Notes under the pieces: generated by a model
Databases searched by the model: none
What the model was told of the DNA's origin: nothing
Seen by the model: the letters and a program-made list of their open reading frames with translations, nothing else
Shown here: positions 38,851 to 51,800 of the stretch, piece after piece
Position numbering within the stretch: position 1 is the first letter of the stretch
How the letters are laid out: every line of letters begins with the position of its first letter
Position numbers and translations under genes: made by a program
Assembly (NCBI GenBank): GCA_965644265.1
Contig: OZ286472.1
Coordinates: forward strand, 44,950,001-45,014,000
From: Glycera tridactyla
Lineage: Eukaryota
Direction of reading: 5' to 3'
DNA: 64,000 nucleotides

Positions 38851-40956
38851 CTTTCACAATAGGGTAAAGTTTGAAGACACTGCCATTACACCCCCTCCCT
38901 CCCACAATCTCTTCTAACTGATCATTTCAGGGTATCCCAATTCATCAATGTGATTCTAAGTAGGTCCTCGCTCCCTGAACGGGAATCCGTGATGATGATT
39001 AAGTTTCATTTGTCGTTGCGTTCTCATATAGCTTTCACCCAGTCAACCCCATTAAGGAGGGTTTCCTTGCTCATATTGAACGATATTGTGTGGGGGAAAA
39101 ACCTCCTTATAAAATGTTGGATCAATTACACTGAGCAAAACCATTGGTGTTGGTACACATTCTCCATTTTTGGAGATGCCGTCTGCAGGGCGGATGGTGC
39201 GGGCTGAACCGAGTGTAAGTTTGTGTGGCTGCCTGTTGGCTTGAATTACCAGACTGTCAACAGGTAGCCATTCCCATTCCTGTGAACCTTAGTTAGATAC
39301 AGTCTACTTCATCTTTTTTAGTTTCGGAAATATCAAGGAATACATTCCTTGAGTCATTTATGAAATTATGTGACTTGTTGTCATGGCAAAAGATCTGCTG
39401 CACTCAAGCTACTTGATCCACATGGCTATCACAGAAATTCATAAGATCTAAGCTTTCCGACAATATATAGTTTGCCTGCCCCCCCCCCCATGGTACCGAT
39501 AGCTGAATTTTTATGGTTTGGTTGGTTCAATGGTTCGTTAGTGTTGAATGATATGCATTGATCCCTCGGATTTAGAAAGGCGTGTGTTCCATATCCACTT
39601 GAGCTAAATGTTCTGTCCCCGCCCCGCAAGAATCACGGCGGAGACTCGGGACACAGGAACATAGGGATGGCGATAAGTGTCAAGTGTCTGTCATTTCGAA
39701 ACATGCCCCTACCTTCATTGCATTACACCAATGATCCCACCTTTGACATATCTCAAACATTTACTGGTTGACTGACTGACGCAATGTCTTTGAACGAGGC
39801 ATAGAACTTGAAACAAAGAGTTGGATCAGATTGGTCCCGGCTACATCATATTCAGCTTTATTTTGCTTGAATTGAGTCCAAAAGAAATGATGCCAAACTG
39901 AACATGGTGTCAGATTGGATGGGTAGCCACTCGATCTACCCTTTCCTTATTCATCGAATGCGACCTTCGTGCGATCTGCGCGTCTTTCATACCGTCCATC
40001 GCAGAGAATCACGATCTACCTAACTTTCCCTGACACACTGTGGATTCGTCATGCCGAATCATTCTTTTCTCACGCCTTCCCGGTACCAGCTAGTTTGCAA
40101 GATGGGCTAGAGGCTGGATCGGTGGGTCGGTAAAGTAGGTGGAGTAGGATAAATCGACAAAGGTGGGTGATTGTGCAGCATGACTGTATTGGTTGCGCAG
40201 AGTGGATAAGAAGGCAAAGTGGACACTTGCGGGTGGTTCTAAATGTGGTGACGGAGAGAGGTCCATCCACTTTGATTCTCTTTCACTTTTGATATGAGCA
40301 TAGGTGCTTAGACATGGGGAATGCTGTGTTTGTGAGGGGGACAGGTATGGTATGAAAATTGATAGATGCGTCTCAACATTGAGCAAGTGCTAAAACTCAC
40401 ATGATGAAAACAACAGCGATACCCGTGTACGCTAAACATATATGCTGAAATTTGAAGAAAAAAAAAAAAATCAAGAATTCTCCCCATTATGGTCTGCAAA
40501 CAGTTTCCTATACAGCAGAATTGGATTATACATTGCTGAAATCAAGTGTATCTGAACCGGGAAGAATGTTTTCAAAGAATGTTTCAATCAGCAACATCTA
40601 AGGCTTCCCAGAGACAGGGGTGGGTGCTTCAGTTACTCATCATCCCTATGCATGAGTCCTGTGAATACAGTAGGTCAGTGGTTGGTGAATCGGTCAACTG
40701 ATTGGTCTGAACATAAATCTGAACCTGGCATACAAATTGCCCGGCGCCAGTCATAACAGCTCGGGCAGAATATGGGTCAGATTAGGCATTACATGGCTAA
40801 ATTTATGCGCCGAAAACATAGATGAATTGCAGCTCTGGCAGCTCACCCCATGTTTATATATGTATGTCAATGACATTTTCCACCAAAAACCACGCAACCA
40901 CGGTTCTGGGTCGTAAGGTTGCTTGCTATGAACGATAATTGGAACTTTGATGAAAA

Positions 40957-41260
40957 ATGATCCAGACAGATGACATTTCTAATATAGAGATAGATGCAAT
41001 TATTAGGGAACAAGAACAAGTTGAATACAGCATATCTGGTGGTGCAATACTCCTTGAATTCATGATCGAAAGAAATATTTTGGCAGATCATCCAAGTCCA
41101 CGATCAGCTAAGTTCAATCCCAATCTAGCTGCCCATTGACGTTCTGGTAGAATTCATCATAAGAATCCCTGTTACCATGAGACTAATAAAGACGACAAGT
41201 GATGGTCAGTGATTGACTCATCGGCGGGAGGGATCAGAAGATTGCTGAGAGACATCAACT
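40957..41260 (+). mobile_element. Possible decayed integrase-core (DDE) transposase fragment
   Basis: DISNIEIDAIIRE...SGGAILLEFMIERNI...FNPNLAAH*...YHETNKDDK*WSVIDSSAGGIRRLL loosely parallels the ISDxELD...G..M..G.L..RGI...WH.D.NHKL..W..VIHGGIDG.SRLI pattern of metazoan integrase-like transposases. Confidence 0.3.
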
Positions 41261-41493
41261 ACTGATTTATACCACAGATGTGACAATATCAGTGGAATAT
41301 AGGGGTGTTGAATATAACTTGCAGAATCCAAAGGCAGGGGGGCGTGGCACACAGCTACGTCACAATCGAAAGTCACGTGACTTGCTATTGTCGGCCGGCG
41401 AAGTGCTGGCACGCGTCAGGTAAACAAGCCGAACGTTTGTCTGCTGGCACTGGTGTGTTCGCCTTCACGCAGGCCTTCAAACACACTCACAAA

Positions 41494-41540
<47 letters not shown>

Positions 41541-41741
41541 CTAGTCAACCAGTCAACAGATCAACGACAACGGCGACAATGATGATTTGATGACGACGAT
41601 GATGATAGAATGATCGGGGAGGCCGGGGGGAGCATGGCCCATGGCCATGGGAGCGGGTCACGGGTGCACGGCAGGTAAACAAACCGCGTTCCCAACTGTT
41701 CCCTGCCCCAGCAACTGAACGCAGACACATACAAATATGCG

Positions 41742-41788
<47 letters not shown>

Positions 41789-41947
41789 GGGAGATCTGAA
41801 GTACGGGAACAAGATAGCAAAAGAGATGGTAGCGCGCACGCCAAGTGCACGTGTGCCGACGTGCATCTCGATGCGCTCCATGTTCCGAGCGACAAGAACT
41901 CCTTCAGTTGACACACTGGACCATTCACATATTTTTGTTGGGTATCT

Positions 41948-42120
41948 GTGATATAAAAGTAAGAAACCACGCCCGTGGAATATGCAAGTGATATCCAACT
42001 CGGTGGGAGTCACGGTGGGAGTTCACTCGGCCTTCGGCCTCGTGAACTCCCGCCGTGACTCCCACCTCGTTGTATATAACTTGCATATTCCAAGGGCGTG
42101 GTTTCTTACTATAATGTCAC
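41948..42120. mobile_element. Foldback (hairpin) MITE
   Basis: Arms AGTAAGAAACCACGCCC.TGGAATATGCAAGT...GGTGGGAGTCACGG.GGGAGTTCAC and their reverse complement surround a central TCGGCCTTCGGCCTC. Confidence 0.85.
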
Positions 42121-42257
42121 TTCAAAGGCAGCCTTGGATTGTTATACAGATGTTTGATGTCTGACTCAACGAACTACCACATTTTATGTTGGGAAACTCG
42201 GCAACCAATTGAGAGATGAAAACCGGGAATGAAATTGCTTGGTGCATGCTTTATTGT

Positions 42258-43939
42258 TATCGTGGTATCTCAATAACGAGCTGCCTATCCAAGCTTTTCA
42301 ACAGTATCATAAATGACTGTATCCTCAATGTCTGCTTTGTTGATTCTGGGAAGGCGTTTGACAAAGTTTGGAGGCCTGGTCTACTATTCAAGAGCATGCA
42401 CTCCAATACCATCAGTCAGCCAGGGACTTGGACCAAAATTTCCAACAGGGAGATAACCTTAGTCCAACTTTACCTATTTACCATTTATATTAACGACTTT
42501 CACGGAACCCTTAACGCATCCTGCTCATCTCCCAACCACCTTGAAACACATGTCCCATGTCTTCTATTTGCTGATGACTTATTGTTACTTTCAACCATGT
42601 CCGAAGGCCTTCAGAACCCCCTGAACAAACATGATCAGTCCAGTGAGAAAGGGTGACTGACTGTCAGCCACAAGAGATCTCATACTTTAGTTTTCACAAA
42701 AAGCAATAAACAAGAACAACCAAAGTTCCTATATGCCGATGAGCCTCTCGATTCATGTACTGAGTACAACTATCTTGTTATTGAAATTAACTGAAGAGGT
42801 ACATTCACACATGTCATTACCACTCTTGGACAAAAAGCACTACAAAAATCTACCTGTCTCTACAGCTCTTAGATTGTTCCATTGCTTGGCCAAACCTATC
42901 CTGACCTACAATGCCGACATATGGCTGATGGATCCAGGCAAAAATAGAGAGGCTGGCAAATCAAGAGCCCAAAAGTCTGCCAAAGACTTTGACACCCTCG
43001 GTAGTGTGGAATCGACTGTATTTGAATGAATTCATTCATGCTACATCAAAACAGTCCTTGGTGTCAAAAAAACAACCAGCAGCAATGCTACCAAGCTTGA
43101 AGTTGGCGAACTGCCCCTCAAATATAATATCAATCTACAGAGTGTGAAAAACTGGCACAGGATTCTAGGTTTAGATGACACCCTGGTGCATGAAGCTCTG
43201 CGCTGTCAATCCAGATGCACAAAAGTGAGACCCACTCCTGGGCATCCTATATCTAGAACATCCTGAACCTGTCTGACACAGGCCTAAAAGTTGACAATAT
43301 GTCTGCCAGCAATCAGCCTCTCCCCGTTTGCTTGATCAAATCAAATCTAGCTAGGTAACATGGCTCAATTGGACTGAACTCTCTCAACTCCCCTACTGGT
43401 AGAAAACCCAGCCAAGGCAATGAGCTCCGCACTTATGCCAAATTCAAGAATAGCTGTACCTTTGAGCCCTACCTAAACCATGTCAAGAGTTTTTCTAAAG
43501 CTCTGCCATCACAAAATTACGCTCAAGTGCCCACATATTAGAGATTGAGAGAGGCAGATTCACAAAAGTGCCAACCAACCAGAGATTTTGTCCCCTCTGT
43601 CTCAGTGGTGTTGGTGATGAAACCCACTTCCTTCTAGACTGCAATCACCTCTTACATAACCGTCGTCCTCCCCTCAGAACCTGCTCGATGAATTTCCCCA
43701 AATTTGATCATCCACCACCCCTCAACCAATTCACATCAATCATCGAAGCAGACATCAAGCCTGTTGCTCTTGCTTTGGGCCATTTTTGCTCAACAAGCTC
43801 TGAAAAGCTTAGAGCAGACACTGACTCCAAGGGTGAGACATAATATCACGCAGAGAATATCTTGCACAAACATGCACAAAACGTACAATAACATCACTCA
43901 TAAACTCATGCAACTACGCTTGTCATGTGCATGTGCAAT
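42258..43939 (+). mobile_element. 5'-truncated, degenerate CR1/L2-group LINE (RT domain to C-terminal zinc motif)
   Basis: YRGISITSCLSKLFNSII, CFVDSGKAFDKVWRPGLLFK, LFTIYINDF, CLLFADDLLLLS...GLQ, then RFCPLCLSGVGDETHFLLDC; stops, frameshifts and internal deletions. Confidence 0.9.
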
Positions 43940-44290
43940 AACTCGTCCCTTGGCGATTAGAAGGGCCTAAGCGACATTTTCGTGAAAAATGAGTTTTTAT
44001 CAGAAAACAGGAGTAGAAGGGAAGGCGCATATCATATGTGAGAATGGAATTGCTATCATTAGTATTTTTTATTTTATGAGGGGGGTCCCAAGGTTCTATG
44101 TGCAGAGGTGTGGAAACTGTTGGCAATTAGAAGGGCCTAAACGCCACTCTGTGGAATTTAGAAGGTGCTAAGCGCCACTCGTGTACCTGAATACCAGATG
44201 ACAATAGATAATCGCCAGCGTCACGCATGAGTGATCACGGCGTTGGTGGTGTAGATGGTGACGATAACATCAACTACGGCGGCAGTGACG

Positions 44291-44457
44291 NNNNNNNNNN
44301 NNNNNNNNNNNNNNNNNNNNNNNNNNNNNNNNNNNNNNNNNNNNNNNNNNNNNNNNNNNNNNNNNNNNNNNNNNNNNNNNNNNNNNNNNNNNNNNNNNNN
44401 NNNNNNNNNNNNNNNNNNNNNNNNNNNNNNNNNNNNNNNNNNNNNNNNNNNNNNNNN
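44291..44457. other. Assembly gap (N run)
   Basis: 167 N. Confidence 1.
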
Positions 44458-44664
44458 CCCCTCTCACCCACCCTAGGCATGCCTGAGTCCTCAAGTTAGG
44501 AAGTGGGCATATGTCGAATCTTACTAGTTTTTTTTTTCGAATTACTTGATAATTATTACTTCTAATGTGACCATTACTTTTGATGAGGAGGACGACGATG
44601 ACGACGACGACAACAGTGACAACTAATGATGATGAAGATAGGGACAGGTCTCTCGTTGGAGGTA

Positions 44665-44745
44665 CGGTCAAACCTCCCTATAACGATCACCCTTGGTCAC
44701 ACGCCAGAGTGGTCCTTATTGGGAGGTTGCCACTATAGAGAGGTT
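44665..44745 (+). mobile_element. Short pogo/Tc1-like MITE derivative
   Basis: TA|CGGTCAAACCTCCCTATAACGATCACC...ATAGAGAGGTT. Confidence 0.5.
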
Positions 44746-45127
44746 CTGATGAAAGATACATTCACAGACGTCTATGATCGGCGAGTGACAGCTGATGAGT
44801 GTCTCTGAGCACAGAAGTATCCAGTCTCGTAATTATCAATAAAAGTCAATGCTTGTCAGTTGTGTTCACTTGTGATACAACCAAATTTAACGTAATATCA
44901 ACATGATCGTCAGCAATGTGATAAATTCGTTCATCTGTCGTGAAGAAAGAAACCGTGGCCGCCATTACAGTAAACATCAAATAGAAGAATGAATAGCCGG
45001 ATGAGCAAACAAAACTCGCATTATTCGCATTTCTTTCGGATTTGAAGTCATAATTAAGGGTTCTAGAAGGTGACCTTTGACGCTATGATGATGATTTGAA
45101 GAAAAATGAAAGAATTTCGTTTGAAGG

Positions 45128-45224
<97 letters not shown>
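45128..45224. repeat. (GATGAC)n microsatellite
   Basis: Direct reading. Confidence 0.95.
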
Positions 45225-45225
<1 letters not shown>

Positions 45226-46605
45226 GAAGTTGCGACAGAAACCGGGGAATGTCAATTATAGTGAGTATGAATCGATGCGGCGGGGTGCCCCCCCCCCCCA
45301 TCTCTCTCTCCTCTGATATAAGTTACTAACCCCTTTCATGCGTAGCGTGTGGCCCGCACTCATCGATGATGAGTTGTGCGTACATTGTCTATGTGCACTG
45401 AACCGTGCGACACAGGGCAAACTGTAATCACCCCTCCCCCCGTACTCGCCCTCGTCTTAACATGCTCATCATGTTGTATCCCCTCGCCTCTATCTCTCCC
45501 CCTCTCTGATCTCTTTTCATTCCTCTTTCTCTCTCTTTGTCTGTCTCTTACTCTCCCCTTTACCTTTGCTGTGATGATGAAGTGTTTCAGGTACTAACAG
45601 AACGTTTGATTCGGGGGCCTAGGAAGATCAAAGATTCAAATATAGAAATCCATCGTCTCTGACCGTATTTCTCCCATTTACAAATGGGGCAACCCACGAT
45701 CACTTTACGAAAGACATTTACCATCATTAAACATTAGTACATAAGAATTTCGAGAGATAATGTGCCAGAAGATATATATTTTTCAGAGTTAGAAGGGTCT
45801 AAGTGCCAAATCAGAAGGAGCTAAGCGACATCAGTATCAGAATCTGGTGGCGATTAGAAAGGGCTAAGCGCCATTGGGGCTCTATTATCGAGAATAAGTA
45901 AAGTGGACAACTGTATCACTCATCACAGTTACCAATTGGGTAGATGAATACATCTGACCCGGATAATTAGGAAAATTCATGAAAGATGTCGAATTACATA
46001 TGCCCTTCTGAGACTGAAATTTCATGAATATGGTCAGGATTAGAAGGGTCTAAGCGCCAAATGGTGAGTAATTTCCAATTTATCATATAAATCTAGATAT
46101 TCCAGGCCACAGCTGATAGATTATGATGTTCTACATGTCCCATGTCAATTAGAAGGGAGGTTGATAGTTATCAAGGGAGATATGACCGAAAGCATGTTTT
46201 TTGCGATTTACTTGAAATCACCGTGATGGCGCTCAGCCCCTTCTAATCGCCAAGGGACGAACTGTGAAAGTGTTGAGTCTGAAAATCGAATCTGAACCCC
46301 TGTTTAACTCATGACTATGTATGTGCTTGACTGTATATTGTTGAATTTGTATTTTGAATATATTATGACTGCCTACTGGTTTGGATAGTTAAGATTTGTA
46401 GTTACTTTATTTCATACATCAGTGCCTATGTCATGTATACTTGATATTGCAAAATAAAGTCTTCTTGGGTCTGAATTTGAATTTGTTATGACACAAATGA
46501 ATGTGACTGTAAAGTTATGAATTTGCGGCCAACTTTCGGTCATCCGTGAAATGTTTGTCACCATCCTTGTTTCAGTATCTTCGTCGTCGTTGCCACTGCA
46601 GCATC

Positions 46606-46860
<255 letters not shown>

Positions 46861-47224
46861 CAACAGCATCACCTTCCATACACGGTGCGATCGCTACATG
46901 TGTTCAGTGAAGCATGTGAGCCTTGACAAACTGTACTCGCCTCCATGCCCCCCCCCCCCTCCCCACTCTCTCCTTCAATCCTTCGGCGGTGAGACAAAAG
47001 CAATCGTCGCCCCCTCTCTCTCTTTCTTTCATTTTCCTTTCTTTCTCTCCCTCCCCAGACTACCTTTTCCTATGGCGAGGAATTGATTGAGGTGCTGGAA
47101 TTGGAAACAGTTCCTCAGAACGCCGAACCTGGGAATTTATTGCCCCAATTGTCGAATAAATCAACTGAAAATCACCTCACAAAAGTCCTTTTTCATCAAG
47201 AAACTGTAGTTCGCTAGACTTTGA

Positions 47225-47690
47225 GAAATAGTGCTCCACAGGATGTGTCTATTTCAGAGTCAGAAAGGCCTAAGCGTCGAATTAGAAAGAGCTACGCGAC
47301 ACCAGTTTGGTGATCTTGTGGTGATCAGAAGGGGCTAAGCGCCATCGAGGTTACTCCATCAAAAATATGTGATGTGGATATCCTGTACGTGTCATTCTGG
47401 ACGCCAAGTCGATAGATGAATACGTCTGATCCAGAAAATTCGCATAATTCATGAAATATCTCGTATGACATCTGAAACTGAAACGTTCCGAATTTCATCA
47501 GGATTAGAAGGCTCTAAGCGCCGATTGATGCATATTTGTCTATTTTTCATATAAATCCGGATATTTCAGTCACCATCTGAAAGATTATGATGTTCTACAT
47601 GTCCCATGTCAATCAAAAGAGGTCAGTCATCTGGGGAGATATGAGCGCAAACATGTTTATCGCGATCTACTCGAAAACACTACGATGACG
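47225..47690 (+). mobile_element. Diverged partial copy of the right half of the 43944-46259 element
   Basis: Collinear with 45780-46240, including the shared block AGATTATGATGTTCTACATGTCCCATGTCAAT and the TTAGAAGG..CTAAGCGCC motifs. Confidence 0.8.
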
Positions 47691-48369
47691 CCCGATGACA
47701 TATCCAAGACCTTTTATTTATATAGTAATCAGAAGCGCACCCAAAATAGTGGGAGTGAGGATACCTATTGGTATTCACGGTGGCCCATAAGTGCCATTCA
47801 AAATATAGTTTCAACCTCAATCGTACTACACATTTGCACCGCAGTGGAAACATACCACCGCGGTGGAAACCGTTCAAACATTATCACACCTACTGCCGCT
47901 TATATGGCGCCACTGGGTGCCAAAGTGAATCACAAGGAGTCAGAGATTGGGAGAGAAAGTGAGAGTGTGAGAGGGAGAGACAGACAGAAAGAGATACAGA
48001 GAGGGGAAAAGAGGGAGACGGGCATAGACGGGATTGCCAGTATACACGATGTTAAACCGCGCAAAAGTCATGAAATAAATAAACACGAGATGGCGCTTCT
48101 CGCGGTAGCACTCTTTCCCAGTCCAACTGAACCACAGGTTTCACATCAAAAGTTTGTTAGATGTATAGATGAAAACATTAATGAAGAAGCCATGGCTGTG
48201 CTTGGGAACAGATGTGAACAACATCATCAGGACGTTCCTATCGAGCTCCCCATGCTTCATTGATTCACATAACCTCCCTGAGAGAGAAAGAGGGAGAGAA
48301 AGAGAGAGAGAGAGAGGGAGAGAGAGGGAGGGGGAGACAGAGAGGCCCATTGTCTTCTCCGCTGCCGCT

Positions 48370-48890
48370 GCAAGGAGATGCTGAGTATACATCATTCATC
48401 AGAGTGACCCAAATGACCTGTTAGGTTGGTTGGTAGGGCTAGAATTTGAGTGTCTGGCCGGGAAATAGGCTACTCCTACATAAGGTCAACTACCCGTATA
48501 AGACCCTGACTGCTGGCCTTATGTGGGAGTTGTTCAATCACAGGCAAACCAAGTGATGCAAGGAGATGCTGAGCATACAGCATTCACCAGAGTGACCCGG
48601 GTGACCTGGTGGGTTGGTTGGTAAGGCTAGAAGTTGAGTGTCTGGCCTGGAAATAGGCTACTCCTACATAAGGTCAACTACCCGTATAAGACCCTGACTG
48701 CTGGCCTTATGTGGGAGTTGGTCGATCACAGGCAAACCAAGTGATGCAAGGGCATCTTGAGCATACATAATTCATCAGAGTGACCGAAATGACCTGTTAG
48801 GTTGGTTGGTAGGGCTAAAAGTTGAGTGTCTGGCCTGGAAATAGGCTACTCCCACATAGGGCCAACTACCCGAATGATACCCTGACAGTC
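48370..48890. repeat. 188-bp tandem repeat, about 2.8 copies
   Basis: GCAAGG(AG/GC)AT starts at 48370, 48558 and 48746; degenerate sub-motifs (ACTACCC...ATAAGACCCTGAC) continue to about 49050. Confidence 0.93.
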
Positions 48891-51800
48891 AAGGTCTTTT
48901 AAGGGTAGCGATGCCAATGTGGGGAGTGCTTCCAGATAATAATTACTAACCAAATGGGACCCTGACTTTCAGGGTCCCATGTGGGAAGTGGCCTTATGTG
49001 GGCAGCGCTTCCAGTTAAGGTTTACTACCCATATAAGACCCTGACACACGTTCCATGCAGCGTGATCGGCAGGTGGCTGAACTGCTCATGAAATTATTCT
49101 GATGATATTGAGCATAACCTCCCAGAGAGAAATAGAGAAAAGAGAGAGGGGAGGGAGAGAGAGGGGAGAGAGAGGGAGATAGAGGGAGGGAGGAAGGGGA
49201 GGGAGGGAGAAAGAGGGAGCTATTTGGAGGCTGTTAGTTTATCGAAGTGAAATTCTGCTTATTTGTTCAAGTTTATTCTTCATTGTAAGTCCCGCATGTT
49301 TCATAAATTGGGTCCATGATGGTATAAATGATATAAACAAATGGACTGAATTTCACTCAGATAGGTGGCCTCGAGAATTATTCCGCCAATCTCAATTTCC
49401 AAATAGAAAAATTAAAATAAAGATATCAAACAAGCAAATCATATCCAACAGTATTTTAATGAATCTGTCACCATGATTCTATATACAGAGGACTTTGCAT
49501 AGACATACAAACAAGATAAAAACAGCCACCTCTAGGGGGAACTCTCTGGAGCCTTATACACGAACATGCATACAGGAAAAATCACAGTATTCTTTCAAGC
49601 AACGAAGCTTCTGAATGGATTGCTTAGAAGTCAATAAAACGTCGACGTTATCACTACTCCATGACTTCAGTCCTGTTCTGACCTGGTTTACTGTTGAGAC
49701 TCAATACGCCAACTACGAGACAGAATCTAGTCGAACGAGGGAATTTCATGCTTGAGTGACTTTTAGGCAACAGAGAATACCCTTGAATGATTTTCTAATG
49801 GAATCAAGGGAACACTAGTGCTATATCAACGAAGATTCACAATAATTCGTGTCATACACCGAGGTGAATGTATCAACTTCCCAAAGGCAAGTACGGGGAA
49901 GATGTGGTTTGATAAAGGACAAATGTCGCCGAGTAAATATATTGAAAGGGCAATCCATCATATAGTAGTCTGAAACAGCCATCATGTATTCTCTGACGGT
50001 TGGTAGACAGAGAGTGTGTCATCAACTGGCTACACACAGAAACCGAGCGGCGAATCATACGCATACGGGCAAGTGACTGGAAAGAGGCAATCACTCATTC
50101 TACATTCCAAGTTGATAAAGACATGCGAGAGTGTACATCTACAGTTGCTGACCGGCATGGCTAGAATGTGAGGTACAAAAAGATAGGATGAGTTTTCAGA
50201 AAATCTTAACTTGAGGTACGAAAATGGATACTATCTGCTATAACAATGTGGTATATATTATACCCTGGTATTGTGCGTCCCAGTGAGGACCCACGTAAAA
50301 ACAATAGTGTTATGTTGAAGAGTAACGACTGTGTCACATGGGGTCGTGTCATTTGGCACGGGTGTGTTCAACAGATTGCTGCACATTTGATAGATATCAT
50401 TCAGAATCCGATCGCAAGGATAAAAGGCACAGCTCTCAGTATTGTGGATTTATACATTCAACTTTCCACAATAAATATGAAGTAGTTTATCCAAACTCAC
50501 CGAAGTACGATATATGTATATAAGGGCAGCCAACAACAAGATTAATGCTTACGGTCAAGGCAGCATGAACATCCACGTAACAGGTGAGATTGTTTTTTAC
50601 AGGCCCATCCACGTTCCAGCTCTATACTGAACTGAGTTGATTTCATACCGGTGAAGTAGTGATTTTTCAGAGAGTGATAATATATCATCAGGTGACTGTC
50701 CGATACTATATCATATGGCACATTGACATCGCAAAGAGAGTACAAGACGTGCAAAGATCAGATACCTCTTGATGAAGGGTATTCTTCGAAGCTGGATTAA
50801 TAGATTTAGTGAAGTCACTAGTGGGTCCATCAAGATGAACTGCTGAAGACTCTTTAAATGTTCACAATAATAGGTCCTATTTCTCTCTAGCTAAATTAGA
50901 ATAAGATCGTTAGAGAGAGTGAAATGTATAGGTCTTGACCTAATGTCAAGTGCTTATTTTATTTCCTGTGACATAGTATCAGGTAAACATCATTCTTTCA
51001 TTTTGAATACCAATTAGTTGACCTGATAACCAACTAATCATGTGAGATGAATGTGATGATGCCTCCATGGGTGTGACTTATCAACAGGTGTAAGAATAAC
51101 TTCTGAATCGAGTGAAGAGTACAATGAACAGGACGGGTTGAGAATATTGTAGGGGATATGAATCTGAGATGATAAATATCAGGATGTAATAACGGCTAAT
51201 GACTTCGATGCCACACCACTAGCAACGATGCTCTATGAAGATTCTACACAATCACTAGTTTGCTCACAACAACATTTATTCCTAAATAATGTAGACAAAA
51301 ACATAAAGAAATGATATCACGAAAAACGATATAGATGCACATCTAAATAGCTTTGACAAAATTACAATGGATCTGAAACCATTAATATACTATTAACAGA
51401 AGAAGTGTCAATTTTGTCGCAGATTTTAATAAACGGCAGTCGCGGTTAGTTGTGACCTTATGAAATGGAGGGAAGCACTATGTGGAGATATATACACAAC
51501 ATATGATATACATAGCTTGATGCATACGATCGTATAAAATCAAAACGAAAAGAAACAAAATGCTAGATGGGGAGTGAACGACTCACAGAAAAACAGCAAC
51601 ATACAATGAGACATAAACAGGTTGCAATGACGTAGTAGAAAAATGTAGCACCAATTAAATAATCTAATGTATTAGTTTATTCTCTGCTACCAAAGCGAAC
51701 GTGCAGTGACATATTTACAGTTGCTATAAAACATGGAAGTGCATTATTACCATCATTTTGATGGTGCGAGATACTCAACTACCTGTCCCAAATTGTCCAG

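Larger units (their letters stand above)
43944..46259. mobile_element. Non-autonomous TIR DNA element with 4-bp target duplication (Sola-like?)
   Basis: AACT|CGTCCCTTGGCGATTAGAAGGG...CCCTTCTAATCGCCAAGGGACG|AACT: perfect 22-bp TIR, AACT at 43940-43943 and 46260-46263. It spans an N gap. Confidence 0.7.

Noticed and set aside
44786-44820. CTGATGAG-stem as a hammerhead ribozyme core
   Set aside because: The stem is followed by AGAAG rather than GAAA and no stems I/III are evident; the same applies to CTGATGA at about 4565 and 57184.
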